The notes beneath the pieces are model-generated. The model ran no database searches and was not told the DNA's origin. It saw only the letters and a list, made by a program, of their open reading frames with translations. Position numbers and translations under genes: made by a program. A DNA stretch of 63,273 nucleotides, the filler included, from Octopus bimaculoides (lineage: Eukaryota), in assembly GCF_001194135.2 (NCBI RefSeq). It is 5 parts of 5 records of this genome, joined end to end, with 100 filler letters (N's around TTAATTAATTAA, not from the genome) between each part and the next. Parts side by side here need not be neighbours in the genome. Positions count along the whole stretch, not along the records: positions 21,182 to 35,870 come from NC_069000.1; positions 35,971 to 50,902 come from NC_068982.1; 3 more parts are not named here. The stretch is one strand, 5' to 3'. How positions within the stretch are numbered: position 1 is the stretch's first letter; every line of letters begins with the position of its first letter. This document shows positions 25,171 through 37,145 of this stretch, in pieces.

Positions 25171-25218
<48 letters not shown>

Positions 25219-26043
25219 TGTGTCTGTGTGTGTGTGTATCACCAAGCAATATGTCAATATATTACTGGCTATTGCCCATAACTATATAACTGGTAAGAAT
25301 GTTACCATCAGTTTCATGCCAAAATTTACCACTAGAAAATATTGACAACACTTCAGACAACACATGCCAAATGGAAGAGCATAGCATATTTAGTGCTGCT
25401 TGGGTATAGACTCAGGGTTGTTTCGATGGTTGCAAAAAGGTAGAACAAAACTTAGTGGAAAATATTTTTAGAAAGAAAAACAGAATGAAGAAGAAAAGCA
25501 GAGTTATTCCCATACATTGATGTTAGCCATAGGTCAAGTGTATAAGCTGTGTATATTACTTTCTAGTTCAAAAAGGATCATGAATATATTGCCAAAATGA
25601 ATTTGTGCTCATGAGGACAGTATTCAAAAATTTCACTTTTTGAGTCCAAAAAGCATCCAGATTGTGTGAATAAGCAGTCCCCCATATCTCCTATTTCTAT
25701 TAAGATATGGCCTAGACTATTCCAGTAACTTCCAGTTGAAGTTATATGGTATTGCATTCTCTCTTAATTGTAATATATAACTGGCTAAAGTTCTGCCATT
25801 ACATATTTCCTGGATCTGTAAAGAGGATTCGTGATTATTCAGCCAGACCTAATACATTGGGAGCCTCTATTTTCCAAACATATTACTCTTGGTGTTGGTA
25901 GATTTTATTTCTGCTTTGAACATCACTGCTCCTGTGTTGCACTGACCATTTGCTAGGCTCTCACTATAAACCCAATATGAGCATTTTGTCTCTGTCTGTG
26001 GTTTAGGACTATTAAATAACACACACGCATGCACACACACCCA

Positions 26044-26251
26044 CAGACATTCTGGCCTTCGTGCCGGTGGCACATAAAAGCACCCACTACACTCTCGGAG
26101 TGGTTGGCGTTAAGAAGGGCATCCAACTGTAGAAACTCTGCCAAATCAGATTGGAGCCTGGTGTAGCCATCTGGTTCACCAGTCCTCTGTCAAATCGTCC
26201 AACCCATGCTAGCATGGAAAGTGGACGTTAAACGATGATGATGATGATGAC

Positions 26252-26293
<42 letters not shown>
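26044..26293 (+). mobile_element. RTE LINE 3' terminus with (GAT)n tail
   Basis: gtgccggtggcacataaaagcacc..gtggttggcgttaagaagggcatcc..ccaacccatgctagcatggaaagtggacgttaaac followed by (gat)n. Confidence 0.9.
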
Positions 26294-26504
26294 CGTTATA
26301 TATAAAAACAGTTGAGAATTAAACTGAAGGATTACTCGGTACTTTTTAGCCAAGTACATATTCATTAACTTTTACATGGAAAAGGTTGACTGTAATATCT
26401 AAGCTCTTGCTTGCTCGCCTTCATCATATTGTGCTATATTTGGGTTCTTTGTTTTTGTTTTTTGTTGTTATTTTTTGCTTTATATAGCATTTAGTAAGTT
26501 GTCT

Positions 26505-27830
26505 TACAACTGTGCCAAAGGAATTGCAACAATCAAAGACACTGAAATAGAAAAACTACAAATGAACAGGAATCTCTTCTGTTCCACAATAATGCACACA
26601 GTGTTAAGAAAAACATTATAAAAACCATTAAATGTTGGCATGGAATCATAGAACTCAACAGAAGTAAGCAATATCATTGGCCTATATGTATTATCAGCCC
26701 TAAACATAAGCTTTTCTTTTGTTTTAAGTAGCCTTTACAGAGATGAAGGTTTTCTCAGCCTAAGAAACTGTAACCCACAAAAACCCCATCAAATTTAGGA
26801 AAAATTTATATCTCTTCTTAAAAATCGTAGAATTCTCAATTACAGTATCCATACATCTTGAATCAGTTAACTTTCTTGACTGCACTCTAGACTTAGAATC
26901 TTTTACTTATAAGCCTTATCAAAAACTAAACAAAAAATCCTGTATATACATAGGCAATCCAACACTTCCCAGAGTATACTTAAAACCAAGTCAAGAACAT
27001 AACAATAAAACTCTCTTCTTTAATTTCCACTGAACAAATATTCAATGAAATAGCAACTACATATAACAAAAACCTTATGACAACAGTTACAAGGGAAAAG
27101 TTTATTACATAAAAGTTTATTACATAAAAAATTCAACAAGCATAATAAGCAAAGATACAAAAATTGGAAAACGAAAATTATCTGGTTCAATCCATTCCTC
27201 AACATACAAATTTCCACACTAATGTCCAGTTTATTTTTTTTTTAGATACTTGAAAAGTACACCCATCCAAAACACAAGTACCATAAACAAATAAACTAAC
27301 TCAACATAAGAATATAATACACCATAACTAACAACTTTGAAAAATTCATTGCAAACTATGTTCACCCAAAACTTAAAAAATTTGAAAAAAAAAGTACACA
27401 TATTAATTCAACAATAACACCCTTTTTGTCCTGCTTTTTAAACAGAAATTAGCTGACAAGCAACATTGTCTGCTTCACAGCTGTAACTATGAACACTACA
27501 ACGCCAGCCTCAGCCACATATATAGAGTCAAACTGGTTCAAAACATGGCACAGCCTATACATGCGTATTTTTCACTGCCCAAACAGGAAAAGATGACACT
27601 TTACGATCTAAACATATATGGAAACTAAAGTTTAAAAGCACTTCATTTAGCATTAATGAAAATTATTGTCCCATGCACAATCAAACAAAGCAAACAATAA
27701 ACATTGCCAACTCTGAAGCACTGAATCTTCCCTTCTTTAAAACCCTAATACTAAACCATTACTCTGAGTTAGTCTCTTGCTGCAAATACAAAATCTTCAA
27801 ACATCTAAAGCATTTCAAACCTATAAATTT
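26505..27830 (+). pseudogene. Decayed Penelope-like retroelement ORF (RT domains 4-7, thumb, GIY-YIG endonuclease region)
   Basis: With stops and frameshifts: ESLLFHNN; GMES*NSTEVSNIIGLYVLS; SLYRDEG (YRDD-type motif, 26736); VNFLDCTLDLESFTYKPYQK (26866); LYIHRQSN; KLSSLISTEQIFN; SKHIWKLK (27607); LNHYSELVSCCKYK. Motif order matches Penelope/Poseidon-type proteins recalled from knowledge. Confidence 0.85.
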
Positions 27831-28992
27831 CTACAACAGCTAAAGATGACAATTTCTAACCCTTTCTTTCAACATAGCATAAACAATCTCTCTACTAATG
27901 AGAAACACTACAGCTCTTCACTCAACAAACTCTATTACATTTATCTAAAAGTCTACAGTTATCATCTATAATATTCACAAAGAATTTTCAAGGATCCATT
28001 TGTAGAATCACTCACATATAGGAATAAAGCTCCTTATATATATTTGCTTTTAAAGAGAAGTGTACAAGGAACACCACATATCACTCTAGCTAAATCAATA
28101 CATCAGCAAACCTAGTAAATTATATGCACATACAGCTCCACATACTTTGAATTAGGGATGAACATATATGCCCAAAAACTAATAAGCATACACCTTCATC
28201 CAGAGATATCACAGTGTATATTGTCTCTTATTTTAAAAGGTAATATAGGTAATTTTACATAAGTTCTTAGAGGCATATCCTTGATTAATGTTCTATTACT
28301 CTAATATGTCTATGTATACCTATGGATATATGTGTGTGTGTGTGTGTAAAATTGTTTATACTTATAAATGCATATACAAATATATATTTACATCACTTTG
28401 TAAAGCTGTCTTTATGTATTTGATAATATATGTAGATCTCAAATTTTGGTGTGTATGTATGAAAGTATACACATATGTATACACACAAAAGCATATGAAT
28501 ATCTGTGTGTGGATATGTATATATATTGTTATATCTATATATTGATTATACATCTGTATTTCACCTTATAGATGGATATACCTAAAGAAAATTGCATAAT
28601 CTTCATGCATTCATTGGGTTGTATAGATAACATCATGAAATTACATGTATCTATTTGTCTAGAATAATATACTATAAAGATAAATAGCCATAGTAGAAAT
28701 AGACTAGAAAATTTTAACAGATGTTTATAGTAACATAGTCATCTCAACTCTAAACTTCACAAAATACCCAGTTTAAAGTTTCCTAATAAAACTAATAAAA
28801 TCTAATATCGTCACTACCAATTAGCTTCAGTTTGACCTATGCTGTATAACCAATTTATCAACAAACATTCTTTTGTGACTCCTACAACACAACAAAAGTC
28901 AACTTTCTTTACAAAGAATGTTGTGACCTGAATGCGGAGTAGATAAAAGAAGAAAAATTTAAACAGTTAAATCAAAGGATATTGAGTGAAAA

Positions 28993-29073
28993 CCCTGAAG
29001 AAACTGTACTGGTATTACAGTAGGGTTGCAATTGCAATGGTTACTAATTGTCACAGTTGAAACATGTGTAGGT
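28993..29073 (+). ncRNA. Type I hammerhead ribozyme with intact core, probably from a Penelope terminal repeat
   Basis: Stem I ACC/GGT; CTGAAGA 28995-29001; stem II AACTGT (29002-29007) / ACAGTT (29053-29058); GAAA 29059-29062; self-complementary helix III ACATGTGT; cleavage triplet GTA 29068-29070. Confidence 0.75.
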
Positions 29074-29189
29074 CTATGTAAAGCTATATATATATATATA
29101 AAGAATTAAAAGTAATGCTGTGTAACTTCGTAATAATCCTTATTATTATTATTATTTATATATTTATATATATATATATAAGTTAAAAA

Positions 29190-29350
29190 AAACACAAAAA
29201 ACAATAACAAAAAAACAACAAAGTGAGGACGTGATACGGATAGTGTTATTGGACGCTCGGGAAAGAAAAGAGAGAGAGTATGACGTTTCGGGCGGAACCC
29301 TTCGTCGGAAAGACGGAAAGTTCAAATAATGGAAAAACGGAGGAAGAGAA
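29190..29350 (-). mobile_element. Penelope-type terminal repeat with a minimal hammerhead motif
   Basis: Minus strand 29308-29281 reads CCGACGA-AGGG-TTCCG-CCC-GAAAC-GTC-A, followed by cccgagcgtccaataacact, homologous to the 19.0-kb copy. Confidence 0.7.
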
Positions 29351-29499
29351 AATCGGCACCGATGCCCACGAGGTTATATTGTGGAAGGACCGGAAGAGGA
29401 GGTGGTGGAGGAAAAGTTCTTTCTAAGACAGGAGAGTGAAAAAGGGAGGTGAATATCTGTGCGTGCGCGAGAGTCTGCAAGTGTGTGTGTAATAACAGA

Positions 29500-30100
29500 A
29501 CGTGTGTGTGCGTATGTATGTGTGTGTGTGTATGTGTGTGCGTGGTTTGGTGGTTTATCTGTTAGTGTGTATGTGTGTGTGGGTGTGACGTAGTGGAAGG
29601 AATTAGTAGCAGGAATAGTTAGTGGGTGCTTATGGACAATGGTCAGTGGAAGGTCAGCAGGCAGTTTTTGAGTATGTGTGTGTTCGTGTGTGTGTTTGTG
29701 TGGGGTTGTAGGTGTTGGGTACGTGTGCGTGTGTGTGTGTATTTTGTACGTGCGCGTGTGTGTATGTGCATGTTTTTGTGCGTGCGTGTGTGTTTGTGTG
29801 AATGTGTATGTTGTGTATATGTGCGTTGCTGTGTACGTGTGTGTGCGTGCATTTGCTTCTGTAGGTGCGTGTGTTGTTTATACCCATGTGTGTGTGATTG
29901 TATGTGTGTCTGTGTGAGTGTGTTGTGTTGGTGAGAGGTGTGTGTGCGCGTGTATGTGTATGTGGGTGTGTACGTGTGTGTGTGTATGTGTGTGGATGTG
30001 CGTGTGGGTGTGGGATTGTGAGTGTTAGGTACGTGTGCGTGTGTGTGTATGCGCGTGTGTGTTTATGTGTGTCTGTATGTGTGTGTCCGACATATATGTA
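29500..30100. repeat. Degenerate (GT)n tract
   Basis: Directly visible. Confidence 0.95.
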
Positions 30101-30106
30101 TGTATA

Positions 30107-30245
30107 CAATGGACTTTTTGCAGTTTCAGTCTGTCAAATCCAACCTGAGGCTATGAAAAAAGATTCTTGCCCAAAGTGCCACATAGTGGAACTGAACCTG
30201 AAACTATGAGATTGGGAAGCAAACTTCTTAATCACACAACCACAA
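30107..30245 (-). mobile_element. SINE family A head, diverged
   Basis: cagtttc..tcaaatcc..ttgcccaaagtgccac..agtggaactgaacc..aagcaaacttctta..cacacaaccac parallels 7722-7885. Confidence 0.75.
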
Positions 30246-30516
30246 TGCGTTTATGTATGATTACAAATGGATATATTTATGTGTGTGTATACATATCCAC
30301 ATGTCTGTGATTTAGTGTATAAGTGTATCTGTGTATCAGTATATGTTTATATAAGCTTGTATTGATACTTTTACAATTAAATGCGTCATTATATATAAAT
30401 AGATATGCATGTGTTTCCTTCTATAGTCCTGGGTGTGATTATGAATATGCCTGTATATATAAATATGAAACCTATTGATACATGTATGTGTATGAGTGCG
30501 TGCTTATGTAGGTTTG

Positions 30517-30556
<40 letters not shown>

Positions 30557-30956
30557 TGTATATNNNNNNNNNNNNNNNNNNNNNNNNNNNNNNNNNNNNN
30601 NNNNNNNNNNNNNNNNNNNNNNNNNNNNNNNNNNNNNNNNNNNNNNNNNNNNNNNNNNNNNNNNNNNNNNNNNNNNNNNNNNNNNNNNNNNNNNNNNNNN
30701 NNNNNNNNNNNNNNNNNNNNNNNNNNNNNNNNNNNNNNCACACACACACACATTTATTTATATATAAACACATATACACACATGTATTTCAACTAATATA
30801 CATCCTTTACATTCCTTTGTTGAAATTCCCTTGTAAGAATTGATTATTGTTTGCAAATAGGAATGAACCACCATAATTACTTCAAGAACAGAAAGGAAGA
30901 ACTAGAAAAGTTTTTTTTAGTATGTGGTTGTTTTTGTTTATTTTTAGAAAGAATGG

Positions 30957-31003
<47 letters not shown>

Positions 31004-31241
31004 CATGCGTGGACATATGTGCTTGTATTTGTGTGTAAGAGAGAATGTGTTTGTCTGAGCATGTATATGGATTATTTTTTTTTATTGATTTATAAAAATC
31101 ATTTAAATATTTTTTAGTAGTTCTTTCCTTTATGTTTTTTTTTTTTGCAGAGAGAAGACATTCATACACACACACGCACACACATACATATATACAGAAT
31201 TACTCATAGACACCCATACAAAACACATAAATACATATGTG

Positions 31242-31285
<44 letters not shown>

Positions 31286-31472
31286 TAGATATACATATAT
31301 ATACATGCATAGAGAGAAACAGACGGTGATATACTTGTTCATACACACATGTACATATGTACAAATATATATAATAGGTATGTGTGCGTGTGTATCTATT
31401 CATTTTGTGTGTGTGTACATACATACATGCATGCATACATACACATATACATATATACACACGTACATATAT

Positions 31473-31550
<78 letters not shown>

Positions 31551-31554
31551 ATAG

Positions 31555-31710
31555 TTGAAATTTACAGAAAGAAAAGTGAAGACAGGTGTATAATCAGCAA
31601 GCAGGTGTATTAGTGTGACACTCAGAAAGGTGAGAAAGTCTTTTATGTTTCGGGTCTATGCTCTTCAACAGAAAGGAACATGAGGAAATAATAAACACAG
31701 AGAGAAAATA
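31555..31710 (-). mobile_element. Penelope-type terminal repeat with a decayed hammerhead motif
   Basis: Minus strand 31675-31641 reads CTTT-CTGTTGA-AGAGC-ATAG-ACCC-GAAAC-ATA-AAAG, then ctgagtgtcacactaatac. Confidence 0.65.
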
Positions 31711-31734
31711 AAAAAAAACTCGTGGATTTAGTGA

Positions 31735-31769
<35 letters not shown>

Positions 31770-32132
31770 ATTATGCATATATGAAACCAGCTGAGTCCTC
31801 TTCATGTTACTGAAAGTTTTATAGGAGTAGATAGGATACATAATCAAAAGATATGTATGCACCACTTCAATGAATGATGTAAACTTTTTGAAAACTTTGC
31901 ATAGGTCTCTGAGCAGATATCGCCAAGCTTTTAGCAAAATTTGATGCAGTATTTTCCAATAAGCTGTTACCTATATACCAACATCAAACCACAACCTTCC
32001 TCAACCAACTGCAGCCCACCTTACAGTAATAACAATCAGCTTCTGTCATTCAAATTCAAAATGGCTGATGACTAGCATCACACTTGAAACTCAAGAGTAC
32101 CAAAGAATGAATCAAATTGTTTTAATCTATCC

Positions 32133-32165
<33 letters not shown>

Positions 32166-32512
32166 GTAGCTGCTTTCTCGTACATGAGCAAAGTTATTGC
32201 TAGAAACAATCATTGAAATGAGTTATTCATGATGCAATGTGAGGCCCTTGTATTACTCTTGAGCCCGGCCAAAGGTTTACACATACTATTGCATAATAGA
32301 CTGCTGTCCTGGCTGGCAGAGGGGACGGGTGCCACAGTATGGTGTCTTTTGACATGCCTTGTCAATCCTCTAACTGAAAGGCACACCTTTCCACAGATTG
32401 CACATGTTTTGTTGCAAACAACAGCCATATCACAATTTACAAGGGGTATATATACATGTACACATACCATACATGCATACACGTATACATACATATATCT
32501 TTTTTTAATTTC

Positions 32513-32725
32513 TTACTTGTTTCAGTCATTGGACTTTGGCCATCCTGGGGTACACCTTGATGAAGGAGCTAGTCAATAACATTCACACCAGTGCTCAACT
32601 GGTATTTATTTTATCAACCCTGAAAGAATGAAGGGCAAAATAAACCTTGGTGGAATTTGAACTCAAAACATAAAGACAAATGGAATGCAGCTAAGCATTT
32701 TATGTTGCATGATAATGTGTCTGCC
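32513..32725 (-). mobile_element. SINE with a family B head and a family A-like 3' tail
   Basis: ttacttgtttcagtcattggact.. tail, plus tttatcaaccctgaaagaatgaagggcaaa..ggaatttgaactc B-box region. Confidence 0.75.
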
Positions 32726-33189
32726 TCTGTTCCATTATTGGTAGGATCAAAAAAGTACCCCATCCAGTGCAAGATAAATATCATTTAAAATAAACAGTAC
32801 TTAAATATGAGGGACTATTAGTTTCATGCTGTAAAAACACAATGATATGACTGGCTTGCATAGCATGCTGTGTATTTCCATGCAATATTTCAGGCTCAAA
32901 TATACATCCTGGTTGGTCACTTTTGAAAAAAAAAAGCAGAAAAACATGAGAGGAAGGTAAAGGAAAGAAGTGGAATGAAAAAGAGGGAAAAGGTTAAGGG
33001 TTCCATCGTTTTGGCTGGTTCGAATCAGAATTAATATGGTTGGTGTAAATCAGTTTGACAGGTAGAAGACCAAAGTTTGTAAGACTGCCTTTGTGTGTGT
33101 TTACATGTTTATATGTATATATGTGTATGTGTAATATAGACTGTGTATTTAATTGAAGCTACATGGAAGGTTGACCCACATTGCATCAT

Positions 33190-33770
33190 GGTTACAAATT
33201 GTTTTTGCAAGTCTTAATGCCATATTGTCAAAGTTTGCAATTCTACCACATTTCTTTGGTTGATATGCTGGAAATCTTTCTACTATTGAATGTTTATTAA
33301 GAATTGTAGGGCTGCAGTAAAAGATCATGACATAAAGAAGCTTTTCTTTTTCTTTTTCATTTTATGTACAGTTTGTTTTTACTGTGTTGAATTCTAAGTT
33401 AGTATCTAGAAAGTTAATTGATGCTTTGGTTGAAGATGCAGTGACATTAGATTACAGTTTTTTTTTACAATACTATTTATATCTTCTTCCCTTGTTTTAT
33501 CTAAATTATGTCCCATTTTGTTAGGCATATCTAAACTATCATCTCCATAAAAGCTTGTGTCTAAGGTGTTAAATCTAGATTTAAGATTATTCAGAATGAA
33601 TAGTGGAATACAGACTCCTGTTTCATCAAAATAGTTCATCATAATATATCAAAGGAATCGTTAGTGTCTTTCAGTAATCAAAAGCCTTTGTTGAAAATCA
33701 GTGAATTTCTGTCCAGCAAGATTATGTCAACATTAACAATATCACAATGTTTCAATCTAAATGACTAGTC
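33190..33770 (-). pseudogene. Decayed Penelope-like RT fragment (second, divergent copy)
   Basis: The minus strand reads DIILLDRNSLIFNKG; DSFDI; FDETGVCIPLFILNNLKSRF; SFYGDDSL (33549-33538); LDKTREEDINSIVKKN; SINFLDTNL. These are the same RT motifs as 26505-27000. Confidence 0.75.
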
Positions 33771-33859
33771 CCTGCTGAGAAGAGATTGGATCTTGACAGA
33801 ATTCAACAGATATACATGCTTACACATATACACACTCATATAGTACAACTCTCTCTCTC

Positions 33860-33930
<71 letters not shown>

Positions 33931-34497
33931 CAGGAGCACAGTAAAGTGCAACACATAACCAAAATCAGGTTTAGTAGTGGATACCACACTCCACTCTGGT
34001 ATCCAGTGCACAATTGCAGGGTGCCAAACATGGGATTGGCTAGGGTGCAGAATATGAGCCAAGTAATAAGTAGAAAACAGGTGTGGTATTCAAAGCTTTA
34101 TAGGACACGTACATATTTCACCAAAATGCCAAAATGATTACATAACCATGGCAGAAATATTATACAATGATACATTTCACCTCATCAGTATCTATGATTG
34201 CATAATGATTCTATTATGGTAATGTAATTATTTTAGCATTTTGATGAAATATGTGTTTTATAAAGCTTTTCTGCTTACATGATTTTTTTTATATATTTAT
34301 ATGTATGTATGTATGTATTCATGTATGTATGTATGTATGTATGTATGTATGTTTGTTTTTTTGTTTTTTTCTGTTATATATCCTTATAGTCACCAGACCT
34401 CAAAACAGTTGCTTTACAAATCATTAAGAGAGGCTATTGAACCAAGAAGATTTACTCACAAGCAACAATTCTAGTAATTTGGAATAAAGCCTGTTTG

Positions 34498-34815
34498 GGA
34501 GTGGCTGTGTGGTAAGTAGTTTGCTTACCAACCACATGGTTCCGGGTTCAGTCCTACTGCGTAGCACCTTGGGCAAGTGTCTTCTACTAGAGCCTCGGGC
34601 CCACCAAAGCCTTGTGAGTGGATTTGGTAGACAGAAACTGAAAGAAACCCGTCGTACATATGTATATATATATGTGTGTATATATGTTTGTGTGTCTGTG
34701 TTTGTCCCTCCAACATTGCTTGACAACTGATGCTGGTGTGTTTACGTCCCCGTAACTTAGCAGTTAAGCAAAAGAGACCGATAGAATAAGTACTAGGCTT
34801 ACAAAGAATAAGTCC
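34498..34815 (+). mobile_element. SINE family A, 5'-complete, running into a gap
   Basis: tRNA-like head (tggctgtgtggtaag A-box, ggttcagtcc B-box), core ccttgggcaagtgtcttct, internal TA/TG repeat, and 3' body. Confidence 0.92.
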
Positions 34816-35458
34816 NNNNNNNNNNNNNNNNNNNNNNNNNNNNNNNNNNNNNNNNNNNNNNNNNNNNNNNNNNNNNNNNNNNNNNNNNNNNNNNNNNNNN
34901 NNNNNNNNNNNNNNNNNNNNNNNNNNNNNNNNNNNNNNNNNNNNNNNNNNNNNNNNNNNNNNNNNNNNNNNNNNNNNNNNNNNNNNNNNNNNNNNNNNNN
35001 NNNNNNNNNNNNNNNNNNNNNNNNNNNNNNNNNNNNNNNNNNNNNNNNNNNNNNNNNNNNNNNNNNNNNNNNNNNNNNNNNNNNNNNNNNNNNNNNNNNN
35101 NNNNNNNNNNNNNNNNNNNNNNNNNNNNNNNNNNNNNNNNNNNNNNNNNNNNNNNNNNNNNNNNNNNNNNNNNNNNNNNNNNNNNNNNNNNNNNNNNNNN
35201 NNNNNNNNNNNNNNNNNNNNNNNNNNNNNNNNNNNNNNNNNNNNNNNNNNNNNNAGATATTGAACCATTGGATCAGTTATTAGGTAAGTATACTTCTACA
35301 TTGTATATATTTGAGCCAAATTGTACTTGGGTATAATCTTGATTTTTAGAAAGTGTTTCAAACTTTTGGTCACAACTGTATATCTAGTAAAAGGAGAAAT
35401 CCTACAGTATAATAGCTGATATGTATAGAAGAGCCTTGGAAAACATGCTACAAAGTTA

Positions 35459-35506
<48 letters not shown>

Positions 35507-35558
35507 TTGTGTGTGTATTTGTATTTGTGTGTGTGTGTGTGTGTTTGTGCTTGTGTGT

Positions 35559-35859
35559 GTGAAGCCACTTGGCCTAGTGGTTAGGGGCGTCGTACTCAAA
35601 GTCATGAGGTCATGCTTTCGATTCCCAAACTGGCTGCACAGCATTGTATCTTTGAACGAAACACTTCAATTCACTCCAGTCCACTCAGCTGTAATGGGTT
35701 ACATTGTGATGGATTAGCATTGTGATCAAGGGGGGATGTTGGCCTGCTCACTTAGCCAGTAGGGTGGTAGCATTCAAAAGCTAAAACAATGCAAAGTGCA
35801 TTGTGACCAGCGATGTATAACAACATCTGATAGTCTGGTCGATCATGTAATCACATGAT
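35559..35859 (+). mobile_element. tRNA-headed SINE (family C-type head, different 3' end)
   Basis: A-box TGGCCTAGTGG 35570-35580, B-box-like tttcgattccc, core-like cattgtatctttgaacgaaacact, and gtccactcagctgtaatggg. Confidence 0.75.
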
Positions 35860-35870
35860 GTATATATATA

Positions 35871-35970
35871 NNNNNNNNNNNNNNNNNNNNNNNNNNNNNN
35901 NNNNNNNNNNNNNNTTAATTAATTAANNNNNNNNNNNNNNNNNNNNNNNNNNNNNNNNNNNNNNNNNNNN
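35871..35970. other. Artificial gap N44-TTAATTAATTAA-N44
   Basis: Linker at 35915-35926. Confidence 0.95.
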
Positions 35971-35987
35971 TATATATATATATATAT

Positions 35988-36041
<54 letters not shown>

Positions 36042-36874
36042 ATATTATATATATATATATTTATATATTGCTGACATGTATATATATATAATATCTAGCT
36101 ACACACATCCACTCAAACTCAATTGCATATATACAAACCAGTGTACAACAAAGTACTCAATACATGAAGTATAATTTATTTATAAGCTCGAAAGCTGATA
36201 ATTCCCTCCGCCCATATTCAAAGTTTACCTCAGGCAAAAGTCGTAAAAAAGGAAAGATCACAGAAAAGCAAAAAGAAAATCTAGCAAATGACTGAAACAA
36301 AGAGAGAAATATGCTAAACTTGACGACCCATTGCAAAACGGCTGCGAATACGTAACACGATATTACTTTTAGCAACCATGCAGAGTTAAGCCAACTTATA
36401 GTCTGGTGTATAGGATAAAGTGTCTACTGTAACGTCCTAGTGCAAAGATTTGCAGCGAGAATCGAACAATCTTGATACTTTGTGCATTAATTACTACAAC
36501 AGCTGATTGCTTTTTAAAACTGAAAAGTCTCGTTTACGACTGAGAAAGGTTTATGTTTTGACATTATATTTTAATTGAAAATGGTAAGCTGTCGCTTGTA
36601 ATAAAATATGCACCGCAGTGTCCTAGAGCTTAACCTAGTAATAACAGAAACTTCTAAGTTACACGTAACCAATTTCACATACATTTATGTGTGTGTGTGT
36701 GTGTGTGTGAGTAAGTGAGTGTATGTTTGTGTGTTAGTGTGTGCGTGCGTGTATATATATGTGTGTGTGTGTGTTTGTGTTTCTGTTTGTGTGTGTATAT
36801 GTATGTATGGATATATGGACATAAACACACATATGTATACATAGAAATATGTAAATATGTATATGTATGCACAA

Positions 36875-36915
<41 letters not shown>

Positions 36916-37145
36916 TATACATTTACATATGTATATTCATGTATATATTATATNNNNNNNNNNNNNNNNNNNNNNNNNNNNNNNNNNNNNNNNNNNNNNN
37001 NNNNNNNNNNNNNNNNNNNNNNNNNNNNNNNNNNNNNNNNNNNNNNNNNNNNNNNNNNNNNNNNNNNNNNNNNNNNNTATGTATGTATGTATGTATGTAT
37101 GTATGTATGTATGTATGTATGTATGTATGTATGTATGTATGTATA

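Noticed and set aside
34498-34580. tRNA-like sequences (also 35559-35630, 24040-24108, 50770-50846)
   Set aside because: They have A/B boxes but no complete cloverleaf and continue into SINE bodies, so they are SINE heads rather than tRNA genes.
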